DNA of 63,933 nucleotides, counting the filler, from Octopus bimaculoides (taxonomy: Eukaryota): the NCBI RefSeq assembly GCF_001194135.2. It is 6 parts of 6 records of this genome, joined end to end, with 100 filler letters (N's around TTAATTAATTAA, not from the genome) between each part and the next. Parts side by side here need not be neighbours in the genome. Positions count along the whole stretch, not along the records: positions 59,966 to 63,933 come from NC_069000.1; 5 more parts are not named here. One strand, given 5' to 3'. Under the pieces are notes generated by a model. It did not search any database. It was not told the DNA's origin and saw nothing but the letters and a program-made list of their open reading frames with translations. Below are positions 62,901-63,933 of the stretch, piece by piece (position 1 is the first letter of the stretch; every line of letters starts with the position of its first letter). The position numbers and the translations under genes were made by a program.

Positions 62901-63933
62901 ATCCGATGGTGACCGGTGGCGACTGTGATGGTGACTGGTGGCAACTGTGATGGAACATCTGATGGTGACCGGTGGCAACTGTGATGGAACATCTGATGGT
63001 GACCGGTGGCAACTGTGACGGAACATCTGATGGTGACTGGTGGCAACTGTGATGGAACATCTGATGGTGACTGGTGGCGACTGATGGAACATCTGATGGT
63101 GATTGGTAGCAACTGATGGTGACTGGTGGCAACTGTGACGGAACATCTGATGGTGACTGGTAGGAACTGTGACGGAACATCTGATGGTGACTGGTGGCCA
63201 CTGTGATAGAACATTCGATAGTCTGCTCGAAACTGTAATAGAATCTTCTGATGGAGACTGGTGTCAGCCATGGTGTAATGTCTGGAGATGGGTACCAACC
63301 GTGATGTAACTTATGGAGACTGATCACTTTCTCTTCTCAAGTATTTTCGTTTGCGAATGAGGATGACATCAAATGTTGACAGGACCAATAACTTAGGAGG
63401 AAAGAGGTCGCTCATTTTAATTCATTTTCAGGCTTTTCAAAATCTAATGAATCAGACAAGAAGCTGGTGGTATCTGTGAAGACGACTGATGGCTGCTTAG
63501 AAAAGAATCACTGTATAAGCTTAGTGGTGTCTACCATGAGACATGATGATCTGGACTTCTGGAACAGCTTCATCTATCGAAGAGATTGACTCATCATCAC
63601 CAATTATTGAGATTGAAAGAAGAGGTTAGTTTTGCTTTTGAGATATTTTCTGTTGCAGATAAGGATCACATCTGCAGACAACCAACTTGTGATAACTATG
63701 TGATAGAAGATTCATGATGAATTGGAGGAAGCTAGTGCTGACCAGTAGAATATCTAATGAAATCTGTTTGCACTTGTGATGGAATGCAACTAATTGTTAC
63801 CAAAGTTATTACTGTCCTGACGTGATCATCTACAAATGTCAACAAGACTGGTAAATTAGGAGGAAAGAAGTGGTTTCTTTTGCTTTGTTTTCAGACATTT
63901 TCATATTTAATGAGTTGGACAAGGAACTAGTGA
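59966..63933. repeat. ~2.2-kb duplicated unit (copy A from 59966, copy B from 62162) built from degenerate 33-34-bp monomers
   Basis: tctactcgaatctttggtagctgtg at 59966 and 62162; collinear thereafter with few-percent divergence and indels. Confidence 0.85.
62852..63215. repeat. 34-bp minisatellite (gcaactgtgatggaacatctgatggtgactggtg), ~10 copies
   Basis: Seen directly; only ~4 copies at the homologous site 60630-60757. Confidence 0.9.

Noticed and set aside
59966-63933. CRISPR-like appearance of 34-bp periodic repeats
   Set aside because: Monomers are contiguous with no unique spacers, there are no cas genes, and the context is eukaryotic

Overview
This is eukaryotic, AT-rich, repeat-dominated DNA with many N gaps and five artificial 100-bp scaffolding spacers (44N-TTAATTAATTAA-44N). 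I find no intact host protein-coding gene; the long ORFs in the track are N-gap or microsatellite artefacts, or decayed transposon fragments. The repeat families and microsatellite load strongly suggest an octopod cephalopod genome (inference from recognition, no database search was run). Content: at least four tRNA-derived SINE families; many decayed R4/Dong-type LINE fragments chained through (TAA)n tracts; a near full-length but broken RTE LINE (55.0-58.5 kb); a Tx1/L1-type LINE; a CR1-like fragment; a Penelope-like (GIY-YIG) fragment; Helitron pieces; a hAT transposase relic; an internally deleted mariner with TIRs and TA duplication; and a ~2.2-kb duplicated unit built from 33-34-bp monomers at the right end. 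The strongest hunt signal is a set of minimal type I hammerhead ribozyme motifs with palindromic, loop-less stem III, in three unrelated sequence contexts (9.1, 22.9 and 54.7 kb). One sits in a ~600-bp fold-back element that carries the motif in both polarities. Such ribozymes are known from Penelope-like elements, so this is at best a new instance or arrangement, not a proven new system. All family assignments rest on motifs read by eye and need database confirmation.
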